Part shown: positions 19,694 to 29,480 of the stretch, piece by piece
Numbering within the stretch: the stretch's first letter is position 1
Layout: each line of letters starts with the position of its first letter
From: a virus
Reading direction: 5' to 3' (one strand)
Length of the DNA stretch: 64,000 nt
IMG/VR virus record: IMGVR_UViG_3300042691_041718
Span: 122,466 to 186,465 of that record
Translations under genes and position numbers: made by a program
Notes under the pieces: model-generated
What the model was told of the DNA's origin: nothing
The model's input: the letters and a program-made list of their open reading frames with translations, nothing else
Databases searched by the model: none

Positions 19694-20506
19694 ATGAAGA
19701 ATATTGGTAGATATGATATAGAAACTTATAATGTTACAGTGAATGGTATTACTGAAACAAGAAAAAAAATACTTTATTATAACAATAATAATGAAGATTT
19801 CTTTGTAGAAAGATATTATGGTATAATACGTGATGGATACGAGCAAACCGAAATAATATTTAAAAATCTAAGATGGTTTGATATAAAAACAAATATTGTT
19901 GGTAAATCATTTTATATCAGTGATAGAGGAACACCACCAATTCCATATGTTTATTTTACAATTGCTGATATTGACTCTATACAAAGAGAAACCTCAACAA
20001 AATTAAAGGTAATAGATACTACAAATAATCCGATTGCTTTAGTATTTGAAACAGAATTTGATTGTAATCAGGCTTACTCCTTAATAATTCTCCTATTGGA
20101 TGATCCAAATGCTGATACTAATAATGTAACAGTCGATTCATCCGGTCCAATTATACATTTTAATAGTAATTTTTATAATGTTGATGTTTTGGATAATAAT
20201 TTTCAAACCGGTACATTTTCATCAGATGCAACAACATCATTAATCTTAAATATAAATACTCATAGTTTTACAGGAACTTTACCAATTTCTAAAGGTGATA
20301 TAAGAACTCATTTAGTAAAGGGAGTTACTGATAATAGAGATATTAGTATAAATATGATGGATAATGATATAACTATTAATGCCGGGTCTATTACCGGAAC
20401 TGAAGTAAGTAATATCTCAACAACTGGTTTGTTTTTTATCAAATTTGAAATATCTGATCTAGTTAAAAATAAAACGGTATTTACTGTTTTAGCAAACTTA
20501 ACTTAA
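19694..20506 (+). CDS. hypothetical protein
   Basis: 270-aa ORF with no recognised motif. Confidence 0.7.
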   Translation: MKNIGRYDIETYNVTVNGITETRKKILYYNNNNEDFFVERYYGIIRDGYEQTEIIFKNLRWFDIKTNIVGKSFYISDRGTPPIPYVYFTIADIDSIQRETSTKLKVIDTTNNPIALVFETEFDCNQAYSLIILLLDDPNADTNNVTVDSSGPIIHFNSNFYNVDVLDNNFQTGTFSSDATTSLILNINTHSFTGTLPISKGDIRTHLVKGVTDNRDISINMMDNDITINAGSITGTEVSNISTTGLFFIKFEISDLVKNKTVFTVLANLT

Positions 20507-20520
20507 ATAATATATAATAA

Positions 20521-21450
20521 ATGAGTAATTATAGTTTAAATAAATTTGTTAGGGAAGCAAAACCAACAGATAATTTAGTAACAATATATAATATCAATGG
20601 TTTACCAACCTATACAGTTAACCCACTTTCTATAACTAGGGTTTTAGTTCAAAATAATTTAGTTGTTTTAACTACAAACAAAAACGTAGTTATAAATCTC
20701 GACTTTACTGATAATAATGAAGCTAGATTAGCACTTGTTGAATTACAAAGACAATTCGATATAATCAGAAAAAGAATCACAACACAAGCTCAAGCTCAGG
20801 CTCAAGCAGTTGAAATAGTACAATCTGGTACCGACTTTACCCAAATTTATAATCAAATTATTTATGGTACACAAAGTGGTGGTACACAAAGTGGTGGTAC
20901 ACAAAGTAGTATTGAGAGTAGAATAGTTGACTTGGTTAAAATGATCAGTCAAAGTATGAATACCCTACAACAAAATATCGGTATTACAGATGCTGGTCCC
21001 GATTTTATAAGTATGTATGATATAAAGAAATTAGAATATAATCCAATTCTATCAACATACTCAACAACTGATAGTTTAACACAAAGAATAAAAACACTTA
21101 CAGAACATATAGCTCAGGATATTTACACATTAAATCAAAAACAAGAAAAAATTTCAAATTCATTTAACCCAGTAAACACTTTTAGTGGCAATGAACCTGT
21201 TGATATATTAAACTTAACTTTTAATGAATTGAGTGAAGGACCTGTAACAATTTTAATAAATGGAATTTATTTAAAACCGAGTAATTCAATTCAGAATATC
21301 GCATTTTTTTCAAATGATGGTATGCAAACAGCTACTGATTATATACAAGAGGGATCTATACTCTATATAAATCCAAATAAATTAGGATATGATATTGATG
21401 AGAATGATACAATTACAATAGAATATTTAACTAGAAATATTCTATTTTAA
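20521..21450 (+). CDS. hypothetical, probably virion protein
   Basis: 309-aa ORF; TAATATATA 4 nt before the ATG; low-complexity QAQAQ/TQSGG linker. Confidence 0.7.
   Translation: MSNYSLNKFVREAKPTDNLVTIYNINGLPTYTVNPLSITRVLVQNNLVVLTTNKNVVINLDFTDNNEARLALVELQRQFDIIRKRITTQAQAQAQAVEIVQSGTDFTQIYNQIIYGTQSGGTQSGGTQSSIESRIVDLVKMISQSMNTLQQNIGITDAGPDFISMYDIKKLEYNPILSTYSTTDSLTQRIKTLTEHIAQDIYTLNQKQEKISNSFNPVNTFSGNEPVDILNLTFNELSEGPVTILINGIYLKPSNSIQNIAFFSNDGMQTATDYIQEGSILYINPNKLGYDIDENDTITIEYLTRNILF
20866..20910 (+). repeat. 15-bp tandem repeat x3 (GTQSG)
   Basis: GGTACACAAAGTGGT x2 + GGTACACAAAGTAGT. Confidence 0.9.
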
Positions 21451-22169
21451 TAATTCATTATTATAAATTCAGTACCCATAATTGTCATCTTTTTCTCAAT
21501 TCTAAAGTTATTATATAAATTCTCCAAATCATCAAATTGCCAATAACTTAAAACAAATCTACCTTTAATAGATTTTAATATATCAGATAACTCTTTATGA
21601 GATTCTTTATTAAAATTATGATTTATGTAGTAATTCTCTTTACCCATATAAGGTGGATCAATATAAAAAAATGTTGATTCTGAATCATATTCGGTAAAAA
21701 TCTTTTTATAATCCCAGTTATGTATTTTAGTTATTTTATCTAAAAGTGGTTTATAAGCCCTAAGTTTTAATTTGAATATCTCAAACTCACTATCACCTAA
21801 CCAAGAATTTTTACCTATTTTATTTGTTGATGAACAAGTTAAAATTATTAACCACTGAATTGCCTTTTGTAATTCATCACCATCATTAAGTTTATTTAAA
21901 ACATCAGAATAGTAGTTTTGATCTACTTTGATATTTTTTATTTCCGAAATAAAATCTTTGTTAAATTTTAGTTGATTAAATAAATTATAATTCAAATAAT
22001 TAATATCATTATAGATATAATCAACACCCTTAAACTTACTAAAGTTTAAAGAAAAGAAAACACCCATTGCCCCACCAAAAGGCTCAATATATGTTTTTAT
22101 ATCGGTTGGTATATTTGGTGTTATAAAATTTGATAACCTACTTTTTTCACCTAAATACGGTATTAACAT
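21447..22169 (-). CDS. dam: DNA adenine methyltransferase (Dam/D12 class)
   Basis: IPYLGEKSRL, YIEPFGGAMGV (motif I), YNDIN, FFYIDPPY (motif IV). Confidence 0.9.
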   Translation of the reverse strand: MLIPYLGEKSRLSNFITPNIPTDIKTYIEPFGGAMGVFFSLNFSKFKGVDYIYNDINYLNYNLFNQLKFNKDFISEIKNIKVDQNYYSDVLNKLNDGDELQKAIQWLIILTCSSTNKIGKNSWLGDSEFEIFKLKLRAYKPLLDKITKIHNWDYKKIFTEYDSESTFFYIDPPYMGKENYYINHNFNKESHKELSDILKSIKGRFVLSYWQFDDLENLYNNFRIEKKMTIMGTEFIIMNY

Positions 22170-22639
22170 TAATCAGTTCTATATTTTATACTATATATTG
22201 TATATGACTTTATATATTCAATTTGACTATCGTTCAATACTTCATTAAACTTTGGCATAATCATTGATTTTGGCATCCATTTATTAAATAATACTTCAGT
22301 ATGTTTATATTTTTTTGATAAATCACTTATATCTTTAACACTTTCATTAAAGTATTTAAAAGAAATACTATCATTTAATTTTGGACCAGCAAAATCTTTA
22401 TCAAAAGAGTGACAACTAGCACAGTATCTAGAGAATAAAACTTTACCAGAATCAATATATTCTGGTAAAATATTTATCTCAGATAAAGTATCATCTTTAT
22501 CTCTATAATCAGAAATATTTCCAGTTGTTGGTTTATTATAACTATTAATTTTTGGCTCAAGATAAGTTCTACAAAATGTGTGTATTAAAAACCAAATACC
22601 AAATATAACCAAAAACTCATATATTATTAGTTTTTTCAT
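22169..22639 (-). CDS. membrane-anchored class I c-type cytochrome
   Basis: N-terminal hydrophobic helix; GKVLFSRYCASCH (CxxCH), AGPKL, candidate distal Met in SMIMPKF. Confidence 0.75.
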   Translation of the reverse strand: MKKLIIYEFLVIFGIWFLIHTFCRTYLEPKINSYNKPTTGNISDYRDKDDTLSEINILPEYIDSGKVLFSRYCASCHSFDKDFAGPKLNDSISFKYFNESVKDISDLSKKYKHTEVLFNKWMPKSMIMPKFNEVLNDSQIEYIKSYTIYSIKYRTD

Positions 22640-22995
22640 CTATTCCAATAATAGTATTGATAATTGTAGTTATAATTATAGTTTTGTCTTGGGTAATAGT
22701 AATTTTCATAATACCAATTAGACCAATAACAATACCAAGCATAAGAATTCCAATATTGTGCTAACCAACCATTTACAGTCCAAACATAAATATATCCAGA
22801 ATACTGCTGTTGTTCCCATTGTAAAATTCTGTATCTTTTTTGATAACCACCTTGAAAATTATATTGATAATAATAGTCATATTCTTTAACTCTTTGACCT
22901 TGATATTGGTAATAATTACCAGATTGCCAACCTGATTGTGAAAAAGAAAATAAAGTTGTTAATGTTATTAATAATGTTAGTAAAAATTTTCTCAT
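22636..22995 (-). CDS. secreted Tyr/Trp/Gln-rich protein
   Basis: Signal peptide MRKFLLTLLITLTTLFSFSQ; aromatic-rich mature part. Confidence 0.65.
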   Translation of the reverse strand: MRKFLLTLLITLTTLFSFSQSGWQSGNYYQYQGQRVKEYDYYYQYNFQGGYQKRYRILQWEQQQYSGYIYVWTVNGWLAQYWNSYAWYCYWSNWYYENYYYPRQNYNYNYNYQYYYWNR

Positions 22996-22997
22996 AA

Positions 22998-24107
22998 TTA
23001 TTTCTTAAATTCATTTTTGTCATTTGATACATAAAAATTATCAAATTGATAGTACTTATCATAAACTTCTTTAACCTTCATAAAGTTAACTTCATCTAAG
23101 ATGTCATAAACACTCCAACCTTCTGGATTTATGAATTGATTTACGTTTTTATATCTTAAAATTTCATCTTTCTTTTGTCTAACTGAGTAGAAATCTTTAA
23201 CTAAGTCAAATCTGTCTTTTGTTAAATACTTTTTAGGATTGTCTAAAACCAATTTAGTAGCATCTACAACAGCATTAAAGTTTTTATTAGATGTTTGAGT
23301 TGCGATAGCATTGATTCCTTGTTGATTCATTCTTGATTGATAGCAGTGTACATAATAAACTAAACCTCTTTTTTCTCTAATTTCTTGATAAAGTGGAGAT
23401 TTTAATCCTAATGATAACATTGCGTTGATATAATGAACATAAGCAAAGTCTTCATTGATAATAGGTGATAACATAATTAAAGATGATTTATCTTTAAAAT
23501 CATTATTTAACTCAAATGGTACTTTGTAGTCACCATACTCAACATTTTTAATGATTTCTCTTTCAGCAAAATCTAAAGTCTTGTTCTTATAAGGATTGTT
23601 TTTAGAAACATTAATTACTTTAGTTGGTTTAGCATATTGTAGTTCCCAAAAGTTTATTATGTCTAAAAATTTTAAACTTTCTAAATCTTCTTTTAAACCG
23701 ATAGGGCCATAGTCATTAAATAATTTTCTAGAAAGATTTAACATATGAGATTCACTTAAATCTGTGAAGCTATCCATATATTCTTCCATTACAATCTTTC
23801 TCTCATTCTCAAAATCTTCTTTTGTTATTTTAAAATCGAAAATTAAATCTACTATAATATGTTTCCATTTATTTACTTTTTCATCAAGCCCTTGGATATA
23901 CATACATATATCATTAGAACTTGTCCATAAATTCCATTCGACACCGTCTCGGTCAAAATCTTCTTGTAAGTGATCAATCATTTTTGTTTGCAAATGTTCT
24001 ACCAAATGAGATATCCCGAAATTTCCTTTCTTTTCAAGGTTAGTTGAGCCTTCCCATAGTATGTAAAATGAACTTAGATCATTTTCACTCTTTAAATTAA
24101 TTATCAT
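22998..24107 (-). CDS. M16 (insulinase/pitrilysin) family zinc peptidase
   Basis: GISHLVEHL (HxxEH), FENERKIVMEE, LYQEIREKRGLVYYV. Confidence 0.85.
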   Translation of the reverse strand: MIINLKSENDLSSFYILWEGSTNLEKKGNFGISHLVEHLQTKMIDHLQEDFDRDGVEWNLWTSSNDICMYIQGLDEKVNKWKHIIVDLIFDFKITKEDFENERKIVMEEYMDSFTDLSESHMLNLSRKLFNDYGPIGLKEDLESLKFLDIINFWELQYAKPTKVINVSKNNPYKNKTLDFAEREIIKNVEYGDYKVPFELNNDFKDKSSLIMLSPIINEDFAYVHYINAMLSLGLKSPLYQEIREKRGLVYYVHCYQSRMNQQGINAIATQTSNKNFNAVVDATKLVLDNPKKYLTKDRFDLVKDFYSVRQKKDEILRYKNVNQFINPEGWSVYDILDEVNFMKVKEVYDKYYQFDNFYVSNDKNEFKK

Positions 24108-24261
24108 TTTCTTCTAAATATTTTTTTATTAAATACTCTACAAATCTAGATTTTTTATAAAACTTAGATTTTAGTAGTTCATCTATTTTTTGATTTAGTT
24201 TAGGATCAATACTTATTGAAATTTTAATCCTTTTTTCATCATCGGGTATTTTATTATTCAT
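24097..24261 (-). CDS. small ribbon-helix-helix-like DNA-binding protein (54 aa, not in the ORF track)
   Basis: Hand translation: MNNKIPDDEKRIKISISIDPKLNQKIDELLKSKFYKKSRFVEYLIKKYLEENDN. It has an alternating beta strand (KISISID), two helices and an S-x-x-V-x-x-L-I pattern; its stop overlaps the M16 start. Confidence 0.65.
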   Translation of the reverse strand: MNNKIPDDEKRIKISISIDPKLNQKIDELLKSKFYKKSRFVEYLIKKYLEENDN

Positions 24262-24336
24262 AATTACTTATAAAAAAAATTTTAAAAAAGTTTATAAAAA
24301 GTATGTAGGAAAGTGGTAAGTTTTTATATATAAATT

Positions 24337-25137
24337 ATGTTATTAAATAAATTTATAAAAGTTAAAGTTTCCAATAGAACTAAAAAATATTTCCTTGAAA
24401 AGGGATATATTGAAGATAATGGTTATTTTATGGTTTTACCAGAGGATATGAATGATTCTAATAGAACAAAAGTAAAATGTGAATGTGAATATTGTGGAGT
24501 AATAAATGATGTAACTTGGTCAAATTATATATTACAAATGAATAAAGCGGAAGAGAAAATATATTCATGTCATAAATGTCATTTTAATAAGACAAAAATC
24601 ATCTTTATGAAAAATTATGGGGTAGATAATATTCAAATTTTAGATCAAGTTAAAAATAAAATTAAAAAAACTTGTATGGAAAAATATGGTGTTGATTGTG
24701 TTTTAAAATCAAAAAAGATAAAAGATAAAATTAAAAATATTTTTATAGAGAAGTATGGTGTAGATCACCCTATGAAAAATGAAAAAATTTTTAATAAAGC
24801 TCAGAAAAACTCATATAGAACTATAAAATATAAAGAAACTGAATTATATTATAAAGGAACGTATGAATTAGATTTTATAGAATATTGTATAAAAAATGAA
24901 ATTAATATAGAAAATGGTCCAACTATAAAATATAAATTGTGTGAAAAAGAAAGAGTTTATTATTCGGATTTCTTAATAAGAGATATTAATCTAATTGTTG
25001 AAGTAAAGTCAACTTATACTTATTGTGATTATGATGAAAATATAGCAAAAATGAAATACACAATAGAGAATGGTTATAACTTTATTTTCATTATAGATAA
25101 GGACTATACTGATTTTGAAAAAATAATAAATTCTTAA
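24337..25137 (+). mobile_element. free-standing homing endonuclease (KYGV repeats + PD-(D/E)xK nuclease)
   Basis: Repeats MKNYGVD/MEKYGVD/IEKYGVD; Cys pairs; C-terminal YYSDF...LIVEVKS. Confidence 0.7.
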
Positions 25138-25165
25138 TACTCTTTTTCATAAAGTATATATTAAA

Positions 25166-26140
25166 TTAAAATACTCTACTCTTTAGGTGTTTTATAAAGT
25201 CAAAACTAACTTCATGTGAATTTACAATCATATCATCATTTATATCAATTTCGATAAAATCATCCATATTTCTCATTTTCTGAAAATAGTGCTCAGCAGC
25301 GTCTTTAGCAAACTTACTTACCACAACTTTGGTTGGTATTAAATAATAATCAAAAAGATCTCTTAGAATACAAGCTGTTCTTAAACCAACCGGATCATTA
25401 TCAGCCACAATAGTTATTTTACTAGGCTTCTTTTTAAGAACTTGGTATAATTGAATTCCACTCCACATAGCACTTGAACAAGAAACGGCATTCCTACCCA
25501 TATTATTAATGGCTACCATATCAAATATACCTTCGGTTATCCATATTTCACTTCCTTCTAAAATAGTATCTAATCCCCAAACAGGCACATCAGGACAAGC
25601 TAAAGAGTATTTTAAAGTTTTAGTATCGTTATTTTCTATTGAAATTTTTCTGATAGCACAATTCACTAATTCACCACCTTCAAAAAGTGGAATAACTATT
25701 CCACCAACATTTAAACCATCATCTAAAAACTTTCTAAGAACTGGATGTACGGTTGCTCCTAAAATCTCCAAGTGTTCTTTACTTTCAACAGATGATAAAC
25801 CGAATAATTGATATTTAAGAATTGTTTGTTCGCCAATTCCTCTATTAACTAAATACTCATATTCTAAGTCATTAAAAGAACCAATCAAGTTGGATACTAA
25901 TGGTGTTAATTCAGTAATCTGTTGTTTTGTAACATAAACATCACCTGAACTTAAATCTAGTTCTTTTGAATTAACCTCAATGAACCTTTGTGAGTTATAC
26001 ATACTCTTAATCTTTGATAGATTCTCTTCTAACTCAATTAGTTTATAAGGATTGATGTTACTTGGTAGGAAATTTTTAACCACTCCATTAACAGAGCGAT
26101 TATTAAATAAAATAAAACTCAAATCTTCTTTAGAATACAT
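25166..26140 (-). CDS. DNA primase-like TOPRIM protein
   Basis: YLVNRGI, IVIPLF, IWITEGIFD, ITIVADNDPVG; no N-terminal CHC2 zinc finger seen. Confidence 0.75.
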   Translation of the reverse strand: MYSKEDLSFILFNNRSVNGVVKNFLPSNINPYKLIELEENLSKIKSMYNSQRFIEVNSKELDLSSGDVYVTKQQITELTPLVSNLIGSFNDLEYEYLVNRGIGEQTILKYQLFGLSSVESKEHLEILGATVHPVLRKFLDDGLNVGGIVIPLFEGGELVNCAIRKISIENNDTKTLKYSLACPDVPVWGLDTILEGSEIWITEGIFDMVAINNMGRNAVSCSSAMWSGIQLYQVLKKKPSKITIVADNDPVGLRTACILRDLFDYYLIPTKVVVSKFAKDAAEHYFQKMRNMDDFIEIDINDDMIVNSHEVSFDFIKHLKSRVF

Positions 26141-26173
26141 AAATAATTTTTATGTTAAATTTTATATATTTTT

Positions 26174-26204
26174 TTTGAAATGTTTAATAAAATCTATATA
26201 TTTG
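26174..26204 (+). promoter_or_regulatory. Bacteroidota-type primary-sigma promoter (-33 TTTG / -7 TAnnTTTG)
   Basis: TTTG-N19-TATATTTG upstream of ATG 26214. Confidence 0.7.
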
Positions 26205-26213
26205 TATTATAAA

Positions 26214-26864
26214 ATGAAAAATATGATAAAAGTAGGCTTATCAGGTAATAGATATTCAGGTAAAGATGTTTGTTGTAGAATATTTGAACAAATCGGTGTT
26301 CCGGTATTTAATGCAGATGTTGTACTTAAATTTATTCTTAATTATAATTATGAGATTAATTATAAAATCAGAAGTGCGTTTGGTGATGTTTTTTCACTAA
26401 AAGGTGATTTACTTGATTTGAATAAGTTTTCAGAAAAGAGAAAGTTTGATGATTTACTTGATATTGTCGAGTATGAATTGTTAAATGCTTATGACGAGTT
26501 CAATAAACGTCATAAACAAAAAGTCTATACTATCTTCCACTCTTCTATTTTATATGAAAGAGAATGGCATAAAGTAATGGATTATAACATTACTGTTTTC
26601 TCTTCAAGAGACGAAAGAATAGATCGTTGTAAAAAATCAACAAAGTTAGAAGAGCATAAAATCAAACAATTGATAAGTTCTGAGTTAGACGAGTTATGTA
26701 AAAACTCTTATGGAGACTTTGTATTAAGTAATTACTTAGGAGCAGTTCCATCTTATGGTGATATTATAGACCAAATAAGTAGAGTTGATCAAAAAATTGT
26801 TGATAAGTACTTATTGAAAGAACAAACAACTTACGGAGAAGATTTTAATCCTAATTTATTATAA
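26214..26864 (+). CDS. coaE: dephospho-CoA kinase-like protein (true start probably 26214 or 26223, not 26052)
   Basis: IKVGLSGNRYSGKD P-loop, VPVFNADVV, SSILYE, ERIDR; CoaE fold with a divergent Walker A. Confidence 0.65.
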   Translation: MKNMIKVGLSGNRYSGKDVCCRIFEQIGVPVFNADVVLKFILNYNYEINYKIRSAFGDVFSLKGDLLDLNKFSEKRKFDDLLDIVEYELLNAYDEFNKRHKQKVYTIFHSSILYEREWHKVMDYNITVFSSRDERIDRCKKSTKLEEHKIKQLISSELDELCKNSYGDFVLSNYLGAVPSYGDIIDQISRVDQKIVDKYLLKEQTTYGEDFNPNLL

Positions 26865-27193
26865 TGAGAAAAAAAATATATTTAGCAATCGCATACACGG
26901 GTTATGAGGATCTTAGTTTCGACTTGGCTAATAAAGAAGCAGCGAAACTAATTAATGAGGGTCACTTTGTATTTTCACCAATTAGTATGTCACATCCAAT
27001 ATCAAAACTTGGTGGTTTGGATGGATCATGGGACACTTGGAAAGAATTAGATATGGAGTTTATCAGATGGTGTGATGAAGTCCATGTTATAAACTTTAAT
27101 GATTTAGCAACTAAAAATTCAGTCGGTGTTAATGACGAGATTAAATACGCTAAAGAAATAGGAAAAGAAGTTATTTATATTCAAAAATTTTAA
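26864..27193 (+). CDS. DUF1937 / nucleoside 2-deoxyribosyltransferase-like protein
   Basis: IYLAIAYT...VFSPISMSH...W...D.EFIRWCDEV...SVGV..EI..A. Confidence 0.7.
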   Translation: MRKKIYLAIAYTGYEDLSFDLANKEAAKLINEGHFVFSPISMSHPISKLGGLDGSWDTWKELDMEFIRWCDEVHVINFNDLATKNSVGVNDEIKYAKEIGKEVIYIQKF

Positions 27194-27195
27194 TT

Positions 27196-27591
27196 ATGGC
27201 AAACGCTTATGTACATTCAAAATCTTCAGCTAGAAAGTTCGGTGGTGAAGTAGAAGATTATTTACCAATTCATATCAAAATGGATTGCTCAAAGGCTTAT
27301 ATTTCAGATAATCGACACAGATGCTTGACGCATAATTCATTCTGGATTCATGAAGTTATGATTCCAATTTTTGGATATACTATTACAAACTCTGTTGGTA
27401 AAGTAGTTTCTGTAAAAGATATTTGTGAACAACATATTTTAGAAGATTTTGGTATGAGATTTATTCCAACTGCTCAAGACTATTTAGAAAATATGGAGTT
27501 TCAAGATTGGATGCAAAATGGTATTAAAGGTAGCCCATCATCATTTAAAAAATTAAGTGAAAAGGGCAATATTAAAGTAAATATGGATTAA
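27196..27591 (+). CDS. DUF6915-like protein
   Basis: HSKSSARKFGG..EDYL.IH..MD.SK...D.RHR.L.H...EQHI.ED. Confidence 0.7.
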   Translation: MANAYVHSKSSARKFGGEVEDYLPIHIKMDCSKAYISDNRHRCLTHNSFWIHEVMIPIFGYTITNSVGKVVSVKDICEQHILEDFGMRFIPTAQDYLENMEFQDWMQNGIKGSPSSFKKLSEKGNIKVNMD

Positions 27592-27592
27592 T

Positions 27593-28333
27593 ATGTATGT
27601 AATAGCCAAATCTACGTCAAAACGTTTAATTAAAGGTTCTACTTATGAAGTTGATAAACTTTTCAATAGTGGTACTAACCAAAATCGTTGGATGGAGGGT
27701 AGAATAGTCTTAAAAGAAGTTAAAGGATGGTTTAGAGTAACTCAATTTACTGATGTTAATGGTAATGATGTTCCAAGAACAGATATCAATAACGTTATGA
27801 CTACTTTTATCAGTGATAGTGCAAAGTTTGAAGAATTAAAAGTTGGTGATATACTTGTTTGTAAAACAGATAACTATAAAACTATTGTAAACGGTGGTTA
27901 TTATAAAATTGAAAGTTTAGATACTAAAACTAAACAAGTACAAAGTTGGACTGGTAACAATTACACAAGTAGTGAGAATAAAATTAAGTTTGTTGGAGTT
28001 AAGAGAGTTATGAAATATAACTCTTGGAATTTCAGAAAAATGACTACTCAGGAGTTAAGAGATGCTAACTTAAATGAATTATTAAATAATGAGAAACTTA
28101 ATGTTTTTGATAAACCGATTTCAAGAAAATTAGACTACTCGGAAAATCCTGATTTAGATTTAATTAAATCATTAGCAATGTCAATTTTAGATCCTAATAG
28201 ACATAAATTATCAATTATTGATTGGGCATGTGAAAAACATGATCGAAAATTAGGAATACAAAATAAAGATTTTGAAAGATTATTGGAGTTGCCTCTTAAA
28301 GATTTATTAGAATTAATAGAAACAAACAAATAA
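27593..28333 (+). CDS. hypothetical protein with duplicated SH3-like modules and an internal RDxNLxxLL motif
   Basis: 246-aa ORF; LIKGSTYEV and IVNGGYYKI repeats; ELRDANLNELL. Confidence 0.7.
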   Translation: MYVIAKSTSKRLIKGSTYEVDKLFNSGTNQNRWMEGRIVLKEVKGWFRVTQFTDVNGNDVPRTDINNVMTTFISDSAKFEELKVGDILVCKTDNYKTIVNGGYYKIESLDTKTKQVQSWTGNNYTSSENKIKFVGVKRVMKYNSWNFRKMTTQELRDANLNELLNNEKLNVFDKPISRKLDYSENPDLDLIKSLAMSILDPNRHKLSIIDWACEKHDRKLGIQNKDFERLLELPLKDLLELIETNK

Positions 28334-28396
28334 CAACACACACCCTACGATAAAAGGGAGTATCTTGTATTTTATATATAAAAATAAAATACTAAT

Positions 28397-28975
28397 ATGA
28401 AGTGGAAAGATAATGATGTTATAAATGGATTTAAATTATTAGAAAGATCTGAAAAGAAAGGTTATTGGAAAGCTGAACATAAATGTGGTAGAGTATATGA
28501 GTTCAGAACATCACAAATAAGATCACAAAGTCATTGCAAAGGATGTATAAATGAGTATCATATTGAAAATAGAGGTAAAAATCACAAATCATGGAAAGGA
28601 TGTGGTGAGTTATCATCAGATCTTTTTACAACAATAAAATTAAATGCTAGAGATAGAAAATTGACTTTTGATTTGACTATTGAATTTCTTTGGGATTTAT
28701 TTTTAAAACAAGATGGAAAGTGTGCTTTATCAAAGATACCAATTTATTTAAATGAAAAGTGTAGTGATAAAAAATACAAAACCGCGACTTTAGATAGAAT
28801 TGATAGTAATAAAGGATATATAGTCGGTAATGTTCAATGGTTACATAGAGATATAAATAAAATGAAGAATAACTTTCCAGAGGATTATTTTTTCAAAATG
28901 TGTGAATTAGTAAGTTCAAACAACAAAAATGAGAATTTTGATATAAAACCTGGATATTTTTTTAACAACAATTAA
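28397..28975 (+). mobile_element. HNH-type free-standing homing endonuclease
   Basis: QDGKCALS...TLDRIDSNKGYIVGNVQWLHRDINKMK; N-terminal HxC...HCxxC zinc motif. Confidence 0.75.
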
Positions 28976-28985
28976 ATAATATAAT

Positions 28986-29480
28986 ATGGAAATAAACGAA
29001 AAACTAGAAAACCTTAAAAAACTTAAAAAGGAGTTAAGGTCTAAAAGAACTGAATTGGATGATGCTTCATCAGATCTTTTTGACTCTTGGTGTAAAGATT
29101 TTTTTACTAAAAACTCAGATGTGATTGAGTCATTCGCTTGGAACCAATACACACCCTATTTTAACGACGGGGACGCGACAGTGTTCTCAGCAAACACAGA
29201 TTACATAAAAGTAAATGATGTTTATTGTGATGAATTGGAAAATATTCAAAAAATAAAAGTAACAAATTGGGGTACTTGGAACAGAGTAACTAAAAAGTAT
29301 GATAATCGAGTAGAGTTTGAAAATCCAAACTATGATGAAAGATTGGATAATTTAGTTACTGAGATTAAAGATTTTTTACAATTATTTGATGATGATTTTT
29401 ATCTAAGTAAATATGGAGATCATACAGAAATAACAGTAACTAAAAATGGTGTTGATGTTGATGAATACGATCACGATTAA
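28986..29480 (+). CDS. conserved phage protein (QYTPYFNDGD motif)
   Basis: W.QYTPYFNDGD motif recalled from phage hypothetical proteins. Confidence 0.7.
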   Translation: MEINEKLENLKKLKKELRSKRTELDDASSDLFDSWCKDFFTKNSDVIESFAWNQYTPYFNDGDATVFSANTDYIKVNDVYCDELENIQKIKVTNWGTWNRVTKKYDNRVEFENPNYDERLDNLVTEIKDFLQLFDDDFYLSKYGDHTEITVTKNGVDVDEYDHD

